A stretch of DNA of 63,186 nt, counting the filler, from Pelomyxa schiedti (lineage: Eukaryota > Protista > Evosea), in NCBI GenBank assembly GCA_020536535.1. It is 10 parts of 10 records of this genome, joined end to end, with 100 filler letters (N's around TTAATTAATTAA, not from the genome) between each part and the next. Parts side by side here need not be neighbours in the genome. Positions count along the whole stretch, not along the records: positions 1 to 14,896 come from JAHLWZ010000529.1; positions 14,997 to 22,213 come from JAHLWZ010001368.1; positions 22,314 to 39,611 come from JAHLWZ010000269.1; 7 more parts are not named here. One strand, written 5' to 3'. The notes under the pieces were generated by a model that worked only from the letters and a program-made list of their open reading frames with translations, was not told where the DNA came from and ran no database searches. Positions within the stretch are counted from its first letter, which is position 1; each line of letters starts with the position of its first letter. The position numbers were made by a program, and so were the translations under genes. Shown here piece by piece: positions 12,508-24,232 of the stretch.

Positions 12508-13212
12508 TCAGCTGGATGATGAGGGTTTGATGAGGTACAACCACGCTATGCATCTGTCATCTGGCTTTGTCCAGCTCTTCACTCTCCACCCACTGTGAGC
12601 CTCAATGTATGTCACCACGCTGGCAATGCCTGAGGCACCCACCTCCTTCAAGGGCATGCTGCTCATAAAGTCCTTCAAGTCACTGCTTGTGGGAGGTGTT
12701 TGGACCGACAGTTGGGTCTCTTCCGCGTAGGTACTGGCTTTGTACGCACAGATTCCAACGAAGTCATGTATAACCGGGGGTTTTGGTTGGTTCCGTGTTG
12801 GCTGTGGTGGTTGCCTGTCAGGAAGTTGTATCTGGTAATACTCAGCCTCGTTGTAAACTGCATCAGCGCTGACACTCGGTGGGACAAACAGCTTTCCAGT
12901 CCTCATGAAGTCAAGGATGGGTGCAAACAACTTCCCATTCCTGTCAATGAAGAATGCTCCTGTTTCATCCCTTTTTTGTGTGTGTTTTTTGTAGTGACAG
13001 ATGATATTTAGTATTACCCTGGGACGGTTGATTTTTGTTTGAGGTTAATACATTGTGCTCGTGAATTTCCCGGAGAGCAGGACAGTGAAGAACGACGATG
13101 ACGCCGGGTTCATTGTGAGTGTCGTCCTCGTCGTGGCGAACACGCAACCACCAACATTAAGTCTCACAACGTCACTCTCACTCCTCGTGGTGGTTGTTGA
13201 GGTACGGTCCAT
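12508..13212 (-). CDS. KCTD/T1-type BTB protein
   Basis: VVRLNVGGCVFATTRTTL...FFIDRNGKLFAPILDFMRTG; same intron position. Confidence 0.9.
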
Positions 13213-13286
13213 TCAAATCAGACAGATTGATTTGATTGATTCGGTTTCACATAAAACCAACAACAAGCAATAGTACAAAAGTAACA

Positions 13287-14896
13287 CTAACGCCAAGAGC
13301 ACACATTTGGGAAGTCGGGCCTGGACATGAGCCAGTCAACAACACGGTGTGTTCCCCAGAATGGCTCCTCAAACCCAGGGACTGTCATTCCCAGTGTGCA
13401 GCACACAACACCTCCCACAACAACACCACCACCCACCCCTTCTTCTGTTTCTGCTGTTGTGTGATGATTCCCACCGCCGCAGCTGTTGTTGTGGATACTG
13501 TTGTTGGCTGTGTGTTGTTGGTCTACTGAGGAGGAGGTTGTGGGTGATGGAGGAGGTGTTGATGCTGATGCGTTGGTTGGAATCACAACGATGTTGTAGA
13601 GGCATGTCACATGAGGGGATGGTGCTGCCTGGCTGAGAACGGTGGGGAGGCACCATGTGTCATTGACAAGGATTGGGTGGTCTGGTGTGATTTCAAGGAG
13701 AGGGGACTGGCTTCCGGTGGTGGTGCTTGTCATTTTCCAGTGGACAATCGGAACAGGGCATTTGAGAACACACCTGTGTGGTATTGGTTTGGGGGTATTT
13801 TTGGGGGAGGAAAAAGACCACCTCCAAATGCAATTAACAAAGGCAGTGTCATCGCAGTTGGTACCAGATATGACCTGATCTCCCACCTTAAGTTCCTTCA
13901 TTTTGCAAAGCTGTCCATTTGCCAGAGTGATTGTTGCATTTGGGCCAAAGCAGACACTCTCTGGCGGATTCTTCATTTTTTTTAGAATTAGGCAGAGTAG
14001 AATGTGCATGGGAGGGGAATGTAGTACATAATCAGGAAGAGGATCCAGTTCCAGTGGAATGTAACTGTGTTTGTTGTCAAAGGATAGCTTGCTGCTGTTA
14101 CTTATTCCGGAGCTGTTCCAATACCCTGTTCTGGCATTTGTCCACAGTGGTTCTGTCTTGCAAAGATGGTAAAACTTCTTGCAGGTGCGTGTCAGTCTTA
14201 TGAGTGTTACATAATCCAGGAAACTCAGGATTTCTTTGCTCTCGTTAGTGACAGTAAACGATAAAAACAAAACAGAAAACAAAAGCAAACCGAGCCAGAG
14301 GGCATTTGGTAGGACACCCAAACGAGTTTGCACCACGGTTTCTATTGAAATGTTCGGTTCAGGGGCAGTAGCTGCCCAAACCCTATAATGCTTTAAAATC
14401 CGGGGTTGATTTGGGGTTTTTCTACCTAGGCTTAGACTTCCCAGAAAAACTGAAAAAACTGAAAAAGCCCCCTTTTTTTGGTCTTCTTGTGGGACAGGTC
14501 AATCGGGCTCTTATTGCTGCAATGAATAAATCGTCACAGCCCTGACCTGTGTGAGAGCTAATTGACGCGTTCATTCAGAAAACAACAGCAGCAAGCAACG
14601 ACCGTTGCAAACCTGCACTGGAAATATCCAAATGTTCCCATGTTCAATGAAGCCTTTACTCCTTCCTCAAAGGTGACAATAGATCCCTTGTTCCAGGTTT
14701 TTTGGTTCATAGATGGCACTGAATTACCTCGGTTGCAGAGGTGCATTCACTCGAGGAAACAAGGTCTAATTTCAGCCCAACAAGGAGAACAGGCACCTCC
14801 ATTTCTATGCATTAGAAATAGGTGAGAGTTTTATTCAGGAAAGGCATACATTGGGGCTTTTTTCTTTGAATGTGGAATAGAATGTTCCAAGTTTTG
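13287..14896 (-). CDS. Rho-like small GTPase (C-terminal half) + F-box + Hint (Vint-type) fusion protein, 5'-partial
   Basis: Phase-compatible exons 14896-14850, 14796-14728, 14686-14613, 14557-14426, 14382-14291, 14233-13287. Product: SPNVPVLLVGLKLDL..IVTFEEG..YFQCSSHTGQGCDDLFIAAIRA, then LGVLPNALWLEILSFLDYVTLIRLTRTCKKFYHLC, then CFGPNATITLANG..LKVGDQV..ITPDHPI..LYNIV..VCCTLG..PFWGT. Confidence 0.8.
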
Positions 14897-14996
14897 NNNN
14901 NNNNNNNNNNNNNNNNNNNNNNNNNNNNNNNNNNNNNNNNTTAATTAATTAANNNNNNNNNNNNNNNNNNNNNNNNNNNNNNNNNNNNNNNNNNNN
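14897..14996. other. Artificial contig linker N44-TTAATTAATTAA-N44 (also at 22214, 39612, 40927, 46815, 49928, 57098, 58321, 61811)
   Basis: Identical 100-nt spacer with a six-frame stop 12-mer, nine occurrences. Confidence 0.97.
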
Positions 14997-15182
14997 GTTT
15001 CTAGAAACCCTGACCGGTGCTTTTCCCGCATCTTTTTCTGCATTTCTTCCTGCTTTTCCCGCTCCCTTTACCACAAACTCCCTCTCGTTTTCCCACCCCA
15101 ATCGCATTCCCCTGTATCTTCTAAAGAACTAAAAAAGTTCCAACAATCAATTTACTCGAAATGAACTGTGGGACCAAGACAA

Positions 15183-16834
15183 TCAATGAGGCCTGACACG
15201 GCACTCAAGAGAGAATGATGATTGTGAGGAGGAAGACTGGGATGACAACGAGGACGATTGTGAAGAGGATTGAGAGGATGATTGTGACGACGATTGCGAA
15301 GAGGATTCAGAGGAGGACTGTGAGGAGGACTCAGATGATGATTCCGATGAGGATTCAGAGGAGGATTGTGAGGAGGACTCTGATGATGATTCTGATGAGG
15401 ACTGGAGTGCAATGTCTGTTCAGATTGTTAGAGTAGAATCAAGGAACTTGTGCAAGCACACCACAATTGGTTCCCAATGCCGGTCTTGAGGAAGAATAGT
15501 CTTCACCACACACAGTGCCGGTTGTGAGGCTTCCAGCAGATGGGTAGGTGTGTGATGTGGTACCATCTTCGCTGAAGATGAAGTAATAGTTGTGGCATCC
15601 GGCCGATAGTGTGGTATTGTAATTGTATGCAGAGATTTGGGCTGAGGCTGAGATGCCTACCGTCATATCGTAGCATGTGCCGTCGATATTCACCTTGTGT
15701 GCAACCGCGGTGAGTGTGGCGTGGTACCAATTGGCCCAGAATTGTGCTGCGGTGCTTGTTCCAAGGTTGAGTCCACTTGGAAGGCTAAAATGGATATCAG
15801 TCATCAGAATCAAAAATTAAGGGAAAGAATACTTTATATCTTCTGAAGCGTCTGTTGCAGAACTCATATCAATAGTCAGCGTGCCTGCAGCCCCAACACC
15901 CATCCCAAACCCGTATTTAAGCAATGAATACCTGTGAATGAAATTAAGGTGGCACCGCAATAAATAATGTGCAGTCCAGAGAAATTACCTGTGACCATTA
16001 GATAAACTCCATTCGCAGGTCGTACTATCAGCAGTCTCAAACAGAAACAAGTTAAGGGCGGTGACTATATCATCAGTCCCTGCAATGTTCTCAGCACTCA
16101 CAGTGCCGCCAAACAGAGCAACTCTGCCCGAGGCATCGGTGCAGCCACTTCCGCAAGAAGCAGTGCCCCCAACACACGAGCACGAAGCAGCTGCTGTGGA
16201 ACACCCTCCCTCCAGGTACGCATCGGCAACAGTGGGTATAAGCTCACAGTTAGAATCGTGGGTGAAGTATGCACCTGTTGGGTGGTAATGGATTCGACTA
16301 TTGACACCCGGTGTATTGACTGATGGCAGGTTGTTTTACCTGTAGTCATGTGTTGAGAGTGAAAGCGAGAGGCATGTCCATTCAGAAGCGTGTAAGCCAA
16401 GGGCCGTTCGGGTGTGTAGCACCCATCTTTCTCCTAAGGTTTGTTCGATCAATCACATAGAGAAAGAAAGGAAATCCTTCTCCTCTAAGGAGAAGGAAGA
16501 GGTGATGAAAATAAAGAAGAGGTAGGTAGAACCTTGCAGGCACCTGAGGGTGGGCCTTCACAGGAAGCCAACGCTCTTTGTGGATCAGCTCTGGCATTGT
16601 TTACACGCACCAGGAACTTTTTTAAGAGAAGGAAGGTAGTAACAGAGTAAGGAAACACCGAGAGTCTTCTTAACTTAATGCCCAACAAGTACGGTATCTT
16701 TCTGTTTATACCTCCGTCTCTTTGATGCTCGGGAACCCGTAAGCATCGGGCACCCCGTTTGCTCCGCAGCAACAAAACAAGAAACCCGATAAAACAACGG
16801 CGACCGGTACGAAGCGACACTCAAGGGGCGACAT
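15183..16834 (-). CDS. Secreted CAP/SCP-domain protein, bacterial (myxobacterial)-type, with Ser-rich tail; multi-exon
   Basis: Signal peptide MSPLECRFVPVAVVLSGFLFCCCGA; GFPSIKETE|FLVRVNNARADP; ASRFHSQHM; AENIA; NGH|RYSLL; FWANWY; CHNYYFIF; YPSAGSL; terminal SSSE/SSSQ repeats. Confidence 0.72.
15212..15405 (-). repeat. Coding 12-nt-unit low-complexity repeat (SSSE/SSSQ)n
   Basis: Tandem gaggattgtga/gaggattcaga-type units. Confidence 0.8.
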
Positions 16835-17100
16835 CTTTTTCTTCCTCTTCGGTTGTTTGACAAGAAGAGGAAGGATACAGATCGAGAAACACCCTAAGGA
16901 GAGATCTCCTAAACTGACACAGATCCCAGGAATGGAGCCAGTAATTGGGCTCAGGGCTCAGTGTCACTGATGCCTCACCACCTCCTCACATCATACTGAA
17001 AACAAGCTCTTCGAGAGTTGAGGGTAACCATCTTTCTTCCTTGCTCTTCTTTCGTACTGTTCAGAGAATTGTCCTTTTTCTTCGCCTGTACGTGAACACC

Positions 17101-19225
17101 ATGGGGTTGGCCAAGGTGGTAGTTGTTGTGTGCTTAGTTAGCGCAATTAGCCTTGCTTCTTCACAGTGGTACGAATGCCCCCCATTTTTCACTCTGCAAA
17201 GAGTTGGCACCGCGGGGTCTGCGTCGAAGGTGCGTCGTCGTGGAATTGAACAACATCTTTGTCTCGTTTTTTTTTTTTTTGCTCTAAATTGGTTTGTAGT
17301 ATCTACTGGAGTGTTTGAACATTTCAGTTCCGCTGTCCTACCAAAATCCAGGTTGATTCCTCAACGTATGCAGTTAATTGCAACTACATTCTTAATTTTT
17401 TTTTGTTTTCCAGGAGGGCAGCAGATATTTGCGTTTGTTTCCAGACTAACAAACCCAAATGTGGCTACTGCAAAGAAAGGACAACTTTGGATGTTGCAAG
17501 GAGGGCCTGGTGACAGTGGGGAGAGTGGGTGGCCATTTGCTTACAGTGAACACCTCATGGACTTGCTGGGTGGCACTTTTGATTTAATGTTTCCTGACCA
17601 CAGGGGAGTGGGGTATGTTCTCTTTTTTTTCTTTGGCAACAAAGTGTGAACTTCTAATCAATAGGTTTTCGACGCCATTGTACTGCCCACATCCTGATTT
17701 ATTGTATGCACAAGAATGTGTTGACTATTTAGATTCGATATGGGGCGAAGGGCTGCACCAATTTACTTCCTCCAATGCTGCTAGAGATCTCCATTCACTT
17801 GTCATTGCAGCCACTGAGTCCAATGTTCCGGTATATCTTTATGGCGTTTCGTATGGTATGACACTTTAAATATTACTTCTGTAAGTACTGAATGCAAGGT
17901 ACCTACTGGCTTCAGAGATACCTTCAAATATATTCTTCAGGAGTAGATCGGCCCAGAGCTGCCATCCTTGATGGAATAGTTTCTCCGGATAAGCTTAAAT
18001 TATTGCAGTATGACTTCTATGTAAACCTCGTGGGTCATGAACTTATGGCATGGTACAACTTACTTTCAAACCTTGGTTATTAAGTTAAGAATGAGGTGCG
18101 AAGCTGATTTGTTCTGTAATTCTGCATTTAAGGGAGTCCCTCCTATTTCGGTAAGCCAAATTGCCTACGATCCCTCTTATTTGCCTATAAGGTCATGGCT
18201 GCACTGTTTGAAAAGCTTCTGAATAACGCAACGACTTGTTTTGATCAGCTTTCACAACCCCTTCCCCCACTGTTCTCTTCTCCATCAAGCATTAAGCAGG
18301 TCAGTTTTCTGAAATGTTGATAGAAATTTTGACATTAGCAAAAGGGTCTAAATGTGCTACTTCAACAATGGTTGGGAAGCCAGACAGACAGGATTCTAAT
18401 ACCACCAACCATATTCCGGTTGACAAGATGTTCTACTGCCGATATCTCTGCACTGACTTACCTTATGTCTACAATGTACCCCTTAACACCTCGCCGACCC
18501 CGTAAGAGGATAAAGTACTCTTTACAGCCTGACACTGGCTAGGTTATGCTTATGAAGATAAACCTTTAGCTTGGAATATTATTGAATCAGAAATGCTATC
18601 TCTGGAATTGCCACCTCCCACCCTTGAACAGATCATTACTGGAGAAAGCTCTCTATATTTTTCTGGTGCCTCTAGTGTCTCTGTAAGTGGCATAACCATT
18701 CCTGTTACTAACAACTCTGCCAAGGCGCGAAAGTGGTATGACTACTGGCACCCCTACACACCCGATGAGTATGAAAATAAGTTTCCGGATGTAAGTTACC
18801 GGCATGGTGTAATTTTTTAAATTTAACACATACAGGTTTCCGGACTTCCTCTCCTTATGCTAAATGGGAACCTTGATCCCCAAACTCCTTTGTTCTTTGC
18901 CGAGGAAGTCTATAACCACTATGCCGGTACACCAACCGTCACGGTATTTCCACTCCGCGGTTCTCTCCTCCTCTCTAATCGTTGCCCTCCCCAGTTTGAA
19001 ATTGTCAACGCGGCAGTTCACTGCACCATAGCCAACTCACCAGTGAATAACAGTGATACTCCCTGCGGCCTACAAATGCTTGTGAGCTGGCTTCTATCAG
19101 ACACAACAAGCATAGATACAACATGCATGGACCACCTTTTGCCAATTGACTGGGCCGGAACATCCCCTGATGACCAGCAACTAAGCTTTTCCAAGTTTGG
19201 TGTCTATGACATGTGGCAACTGTGA
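17101..19225 (+). CDS. Secreted alpha/beta hydrolase, peptidase S33/TAP-like; multi-exon
   Basis: Signal peptide; LWMLQGGPG, DHRGVG, nucleophile elbow YGVSYG|T, ILDG, MLNGNLDPQTP (Asp), AVHC (His). Confidence 0.88.
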
Positions 19226-19455
19226 AGAAGAAACAATACCAAACAGCGCCACCAAAGAAATCATCACAAAATCTTTTTGATCATCATGATGCTTCCACGA
19301 AAAGCGAAATGAGGCAAGTACTGCGTACCAGGCGTTTGGCGACTCTCACGAATTTACTATTGAAGAGAAAATAATGGTGCTCTGTTGATTTTGTTCTCAT
19401 ATCTGCCGGTCCTTGCATATCTATTGTTGGTTTTTATTCGTAAACATAGAGATCT

Positions 19456-20687
19456 ATGCAGGACCCACAGACAGAGACCGGCAACAAACGTGGTAGGAAC
19501 GATGAAGAGCAAATCAGCAGCGGAGACAATACTAGTAGTAGTAACTGCGAATCGCGCTCAAAGGAACCGCGTGTGGACTTACCTTGTGTTCACAAACATG
19601 ACGCGATGGCCCAGTCAACTGTATCGCTTGCCTTTGCTTACTTGGACAGTTTGGCATTCAAAGCGGAGCAGGTATTATGAATACTGTTGGAAATAATTCA
19701 TAACTTAGGTTCACTGCCAAAGAACACGAAGGTGATTACAAGCGAAATCGAGCAATTGACGGAACTTGAAGGCTATGTGACAAAAAAGATTAAAGACAAG
19801 ATAGCCGAATTGAAGGAGCAAGCACAGAGAAATCTAACGGTGGTTCCAATTTAGGCTTTGTTTGTAACACTCAACTTTTTCTCAGAACTCACTCGAGAAG
19901 CTCATAACCCTCAATGGCACTCAGTTTTCTGAAAAACAGACAGTAATTCATTCTAACTCCTTTGATGCCCTCATCACTCACTTCCTTGAAGCTCTTGTAC
20001 CCTAGAGGCTGGATCCTGGAGGAGTTAGATCGTACCTTGGAAAACACACTCAGTAACATTTCCATTGTCTCTGGTACGAGTGCCAAGCAAACCCTTTCTC
20101 AATTAACACAAATAGGAACACGCATTTTAGACCTTCCCCACCATATTTTGGTGCATATTGTGGAGTACTTACCCCCCAAATCTGTTCTGGCTGCTCGCTT
20201 GGTGTGCCTTGACTTCTGGACTGCTGTATGTGAAGGTTTGGGTTCCTTTAATGTCACTGAACAATTTAACCGTTCTTAAACAGCCACAAGAACTGAATGT
20301 ACATTGGAAACGTTGGTTGAGAGATATGGGGAAGTTTGGCAGCTCATGGATTGCTGCACTGTTAGTACCCCCACGGCAGACTTCTGGTTCCAGGTTACAG
20401 TGCAGTCAACCGGCTTCACTGTTAAGTATTGGGCTGAGGAAATGAAGCTCTATGCACAAGCCAAGCACTTCGCAATAGAGATAACGGACTCACGTCACAA
20501 GAAGACTCTGGCACAACAGGAGTTTGTGGCACCAGCCTCTGAGCAGGCGGAAACAGGCCACGGCACAGTAGATATGATACCCCTGAGTCTGGAGTCCTGG
20601 TGCAGCAAAGTACCCAGCAAGTTCCATCTCAGAATCGATGTTACAGACCACTTTGCTGAAAACTCCCGCCTCAGACCCCTTGATTGA
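19456..20687 (+). CDS. F-box protein, multi-exon
   Basis: ILDLPHHILVHIVEYLPPKSVLAARLVCLDFWTAV preceded by a coiled-coil-like region. Confidence 0.75.
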
Positions 20688-21004
20688 TTGATCGGTGGGA
20701 AAACACAAAACGGGAAAAACGAAAGATTGGAAGAAAGAACATTCTGGCAAAAACTGAAAACTGTCACCAGTTCCCAGCAAACTTACAAGTTGTAGTGAAG
20801 TGACCTGAATTTTGGATAGATTCTAATCACGCCGGAGTGTCACAAAAGTGGTATATTTTTTTGGCATTTAGTCATTCTGTAAGCAGCGAGATCTATGCGG
20901 GCCTCCAGAGCCAACACAGATCCTTTGCATACAAACCAAGCTGGAAACGACAATGAACAAGACAGCAGCCGCATAGTCACTACTACTAACAACAATCCCC
21001 CACG

Positions 21005-22177
21005 ATGGCTCCTGAACAGGCCCGTGAGCCGTGCCCCAAGAAACCACGTGAGGAAGTATCCTTCATTCACTGCCATGATGACGTGGCCAAGTCAACTGTA
21101 TCACGTGCCTTTGCTTACTTGGATAAACTTGCCTTTGAGGCCGAAACGGTTAATGGTCAACCTTGTAATTAAATCTAACATGACTTCTCACTTTTCAGAG
21201 CACAAGGATGGTTACTAGCGAAATTGAGGAGTTACATGAACTTAAATCACACGTGAATGAAGCTATAGACGTGAAGATAGCTGAATTGAAAAGTAAAGCA
21301 CAAGGAAATCCCAGGTATCATCAGAACTGGTTTTTTTTGGTTAACTCATGAGAAAATAGACCTCACTTGAGAAACTCAGGAACCTCAATGGCGTGTTTTC
21401 CGAAAAGCAAACAGTAATTCATTCAACTTTACCGCATTTTTTGCACTGATTTTATTTCCGAAGCTCTTTTACCGTAAAGACTGGATACTAAATCAGCTAC
21501 ATCATGCCTTGAAAAGCACCCTCAGTCACATTTTCATTGTCAGTGGTATGTGCTCAACAACCCTTTTGAAGTTAACAGAAAATAGGAACCCACATTTTGT
21601 CCGTTCCCCACCTCGTTTTGGTGCAAATTGTTGGGTATTTACCCCGAGAGTCAATATTGGCCGTCCGCTCCGTGTGCTTTGACTTTTGGAAGGCTGTCTG
21701 TGAAGGTTTTTTAACCCTATTAATTAACTGTGACTGTTAACTTGGTCAAAAACAGCGACAAGACGTGCCGTTACATTGTGTACTTCTGTTGCAAGGCAGG
21801 ACAACTCTTGGCTGCTCATTGATTACAACGGTGCATGTACTCCAACAGCTGACTTTGTATTCAGTATTAATGCGGAAACCACTCTCTTCACTCTCACTTT
21901 CTGCGTTGTGAAGATGAAGCTTCATGCACAAGCCAAGATTTTCGCAATCGAGATCACTGATTCACACAACTTTCTGTTGGCTCACGCAGAGTATGTGATC
22001 TCAAGTGCACGCCAGGCAGAGCTGGCCCTCAACGCAAGAAGTGAGTGCATACATCTAAAATATGTCAACACACCCAATATGCCATTGAACAACTTCACCC
22101 TCCGCATCGAGGTCACTGACTACTTTGACGCACACTCACGCCTATGCCCCTCTGACTTGCGTAAAAATACTCCTTGA
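21005..22177 (+). CDS. F-box protein, tandem paralog of 19456-20687
   Basis: Same exon layout; ILSVPHLVLVQIVGYLPRESILAVRSVCFDFWKAV; shared TPTADF, MKL.AQAK.FAIEITDS and LRI.VTD.F motifs. Start codon tentative. Confidence 0.72.
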
Positions 22178-22370
22178 ACCCACAAAAAATGCTTGGATAA
22201 CTAACTGGCTTGTNNNNNNNNNNNNNNNNNNNNNNNNNNNNNNNNNNNNNNNNNNNNTTAATTAATTAANNNNNNNNNNNNNNNNNNNNNNNNNNNNNNN
22301 NNNNNNNNNNNNNCTCAAAGTCCAAAAAAACACAAACTCCCACCAAGAGAGGGAAAAAAGGGTAACCATT

Positions 22371-22800
22371 TTAAAAATTGAAAAGCCTGATTCTTGGGCA
22401 AAGGCCTGACTGGGTTGGCAGGAGCTTATTTGCAGGAATTGTGTCTGGCTTATCCACTTTGTTGGCCAAAACTAAAACTACAATGGGTCTCTGAATACAG
22501 TCATCATTTAGAACACTGTGTAGTAAGCTATGGTCCTCAGTCAGTCTGTCATGGTCACTTGTGTCAACAACAAAAATCATTCCTTGATTGTGGTAGTACT
22601 GGAAAAAAAAAACGTCAGTTACATACACTGCATAGGGCAAAAGAAAGCAATTAATAATACAAAACAACAGAGACAGCATACATTGTGCCACTGACTGACT
22701 TGGTCAACACCAACACCACACAACTTGAAAGTTACATTGAGGAAGTCTATTGTTTCTACAGGCCCATTATGGGAACACTCAATGAGCTACGTCTCCAACA
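22371..22800 (-). pseudogene. ARF-like GTPase pseudogene with the P-loop deleted
   Basis: IMG is followed out of frame by VETIDF..., then GMIFVVDTSDHDRL...VLVLANKVD. Confidence 0.65.
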
Positions 22801-24232
22801 AATGCAACCTCCCATTCCTTTGGAGTGCTTGACTGATTTCTCGAAATCTGACAGTGCGGTCTCTTGTGACATGAACATCACCAAGCCAGCATAGAAACAG
22901 GGAGCATGCCCTTTGGCTGGGGGGAGGATCGGCCAAATGATTCTGGTAAGATCCAAAACTATTTTAAAAATTAAAAGTTGGGGATAGTACACGCAACACT
23001 CCCCCGAACAAAACCAAACCTACGATCTCCGATTGGACGTGAAACCTTGGGATTTTCCTGCAGTTTATAAGGGCTCCTCTCCCATGATTCAGTTTCGTAA
23101 AATTTTGCACATCCAACAACTACGCCATGTCATTTTTCTCCTTGGTGTCGCAATTGCATGGTGCATCCGAAGGTGGATCTCTAGCATTCAGTCACTGTCG
23201 CAGCCACAAACAAATTATGGGACTGTGCCTGCCTATGCGATGACCAACTTTGGTGGGGTTTCTGTGCCATTGAGGCAACGTACACTTATGGGATCCATTC
23301 TTCCTGTTTCTATGCCTAGAACCTTCTCATATCCGGATCCTTCTTTTCGTATTGGTACCTTCCCTTCTAATTATAATTTTTTTCTGGGTTAACCATAATA
23401 CTTTAGAGTTCACAGACCCTTTTGTGTACCAAGACGCTTGGAGCCTAGAACATCGCCGGGAGAGGTATAACAATTATTGACCCGGGGTTATTTTTTAACT
23501 TTTTTTAAGTGTACTGCCTACACCAGAGGTTGATTTTCCAACCTATGGTACATCCTTTCCTTCCGAATCGACTTTGAAAGACCTCTCGCTTGGGGAATTT
23601 CATTTACGGCATGAACCGTTCCGGGCTCTAAGGTACATTCAATTATTGGGTGCTTTTTGGTTTAATATTTTTCTAGTGCCCCGGCGACTTATGTTACCAC
23701 AACTTACGCACCAAGCCTTACATTCCTACCCTCACCAGAGGCCATACATCAATGGCTGCTTAGTGCTCCAGTAATGCCGTTACGGCCGAATGTGCAGAGG
23801 GAGAAATGCCCAACGGTGAAGGGGATATCGATAGTCCAATTCCGGACTATCTGCCATTTGTGGAAGACTGGGACATGAGTCCCCCCGACTTGGAAATGCA
23901 AGAAATAATCGATGAGATGTTGGAACCGTAACGCGGGACTCAAAGATTTGGAGCTTGGTAATCTCTTTGTTATTTCCATAATTCTTTTGTACTTATACAA
24001 ACTAATAGGTTGCCATGGCATGACACTTCATGATACTTCCTTATTATCCACTTTCCCCAAACCAGGGGGCCCACTGGTTTTGTGTGGAAAGGATTGTGGA
24101 AACAATGGAATTCAACATGTACAGCAACGCCAATAACCCCATCTCCAAAAACCTCTTTTTTGAAAACACATAAAAAAAACCCTGTTTTGCAAACCATGTT
24201 TTCACTTAATATTGTTTACGGCTGAACAACTG

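Noticed and set aside
13287-13952. Hint domain as a true intein
   Set aside because: No terminal His-Asn with a +1 nucleophile and no endonuclease; fits Vint/Hedgehog-type cleavage instead.
14941-14952. Recurrent TTAATTAATTAA palindrome within N runs
   Set aside because: Artificial six-frame-stop linker; no adjacency across these spacers is biological.
23000-24200. Short ORFs, duplicated at 27740-28990
   Set aside because: Frames differ between the two copies; probably a decayed gene; no product assignable.
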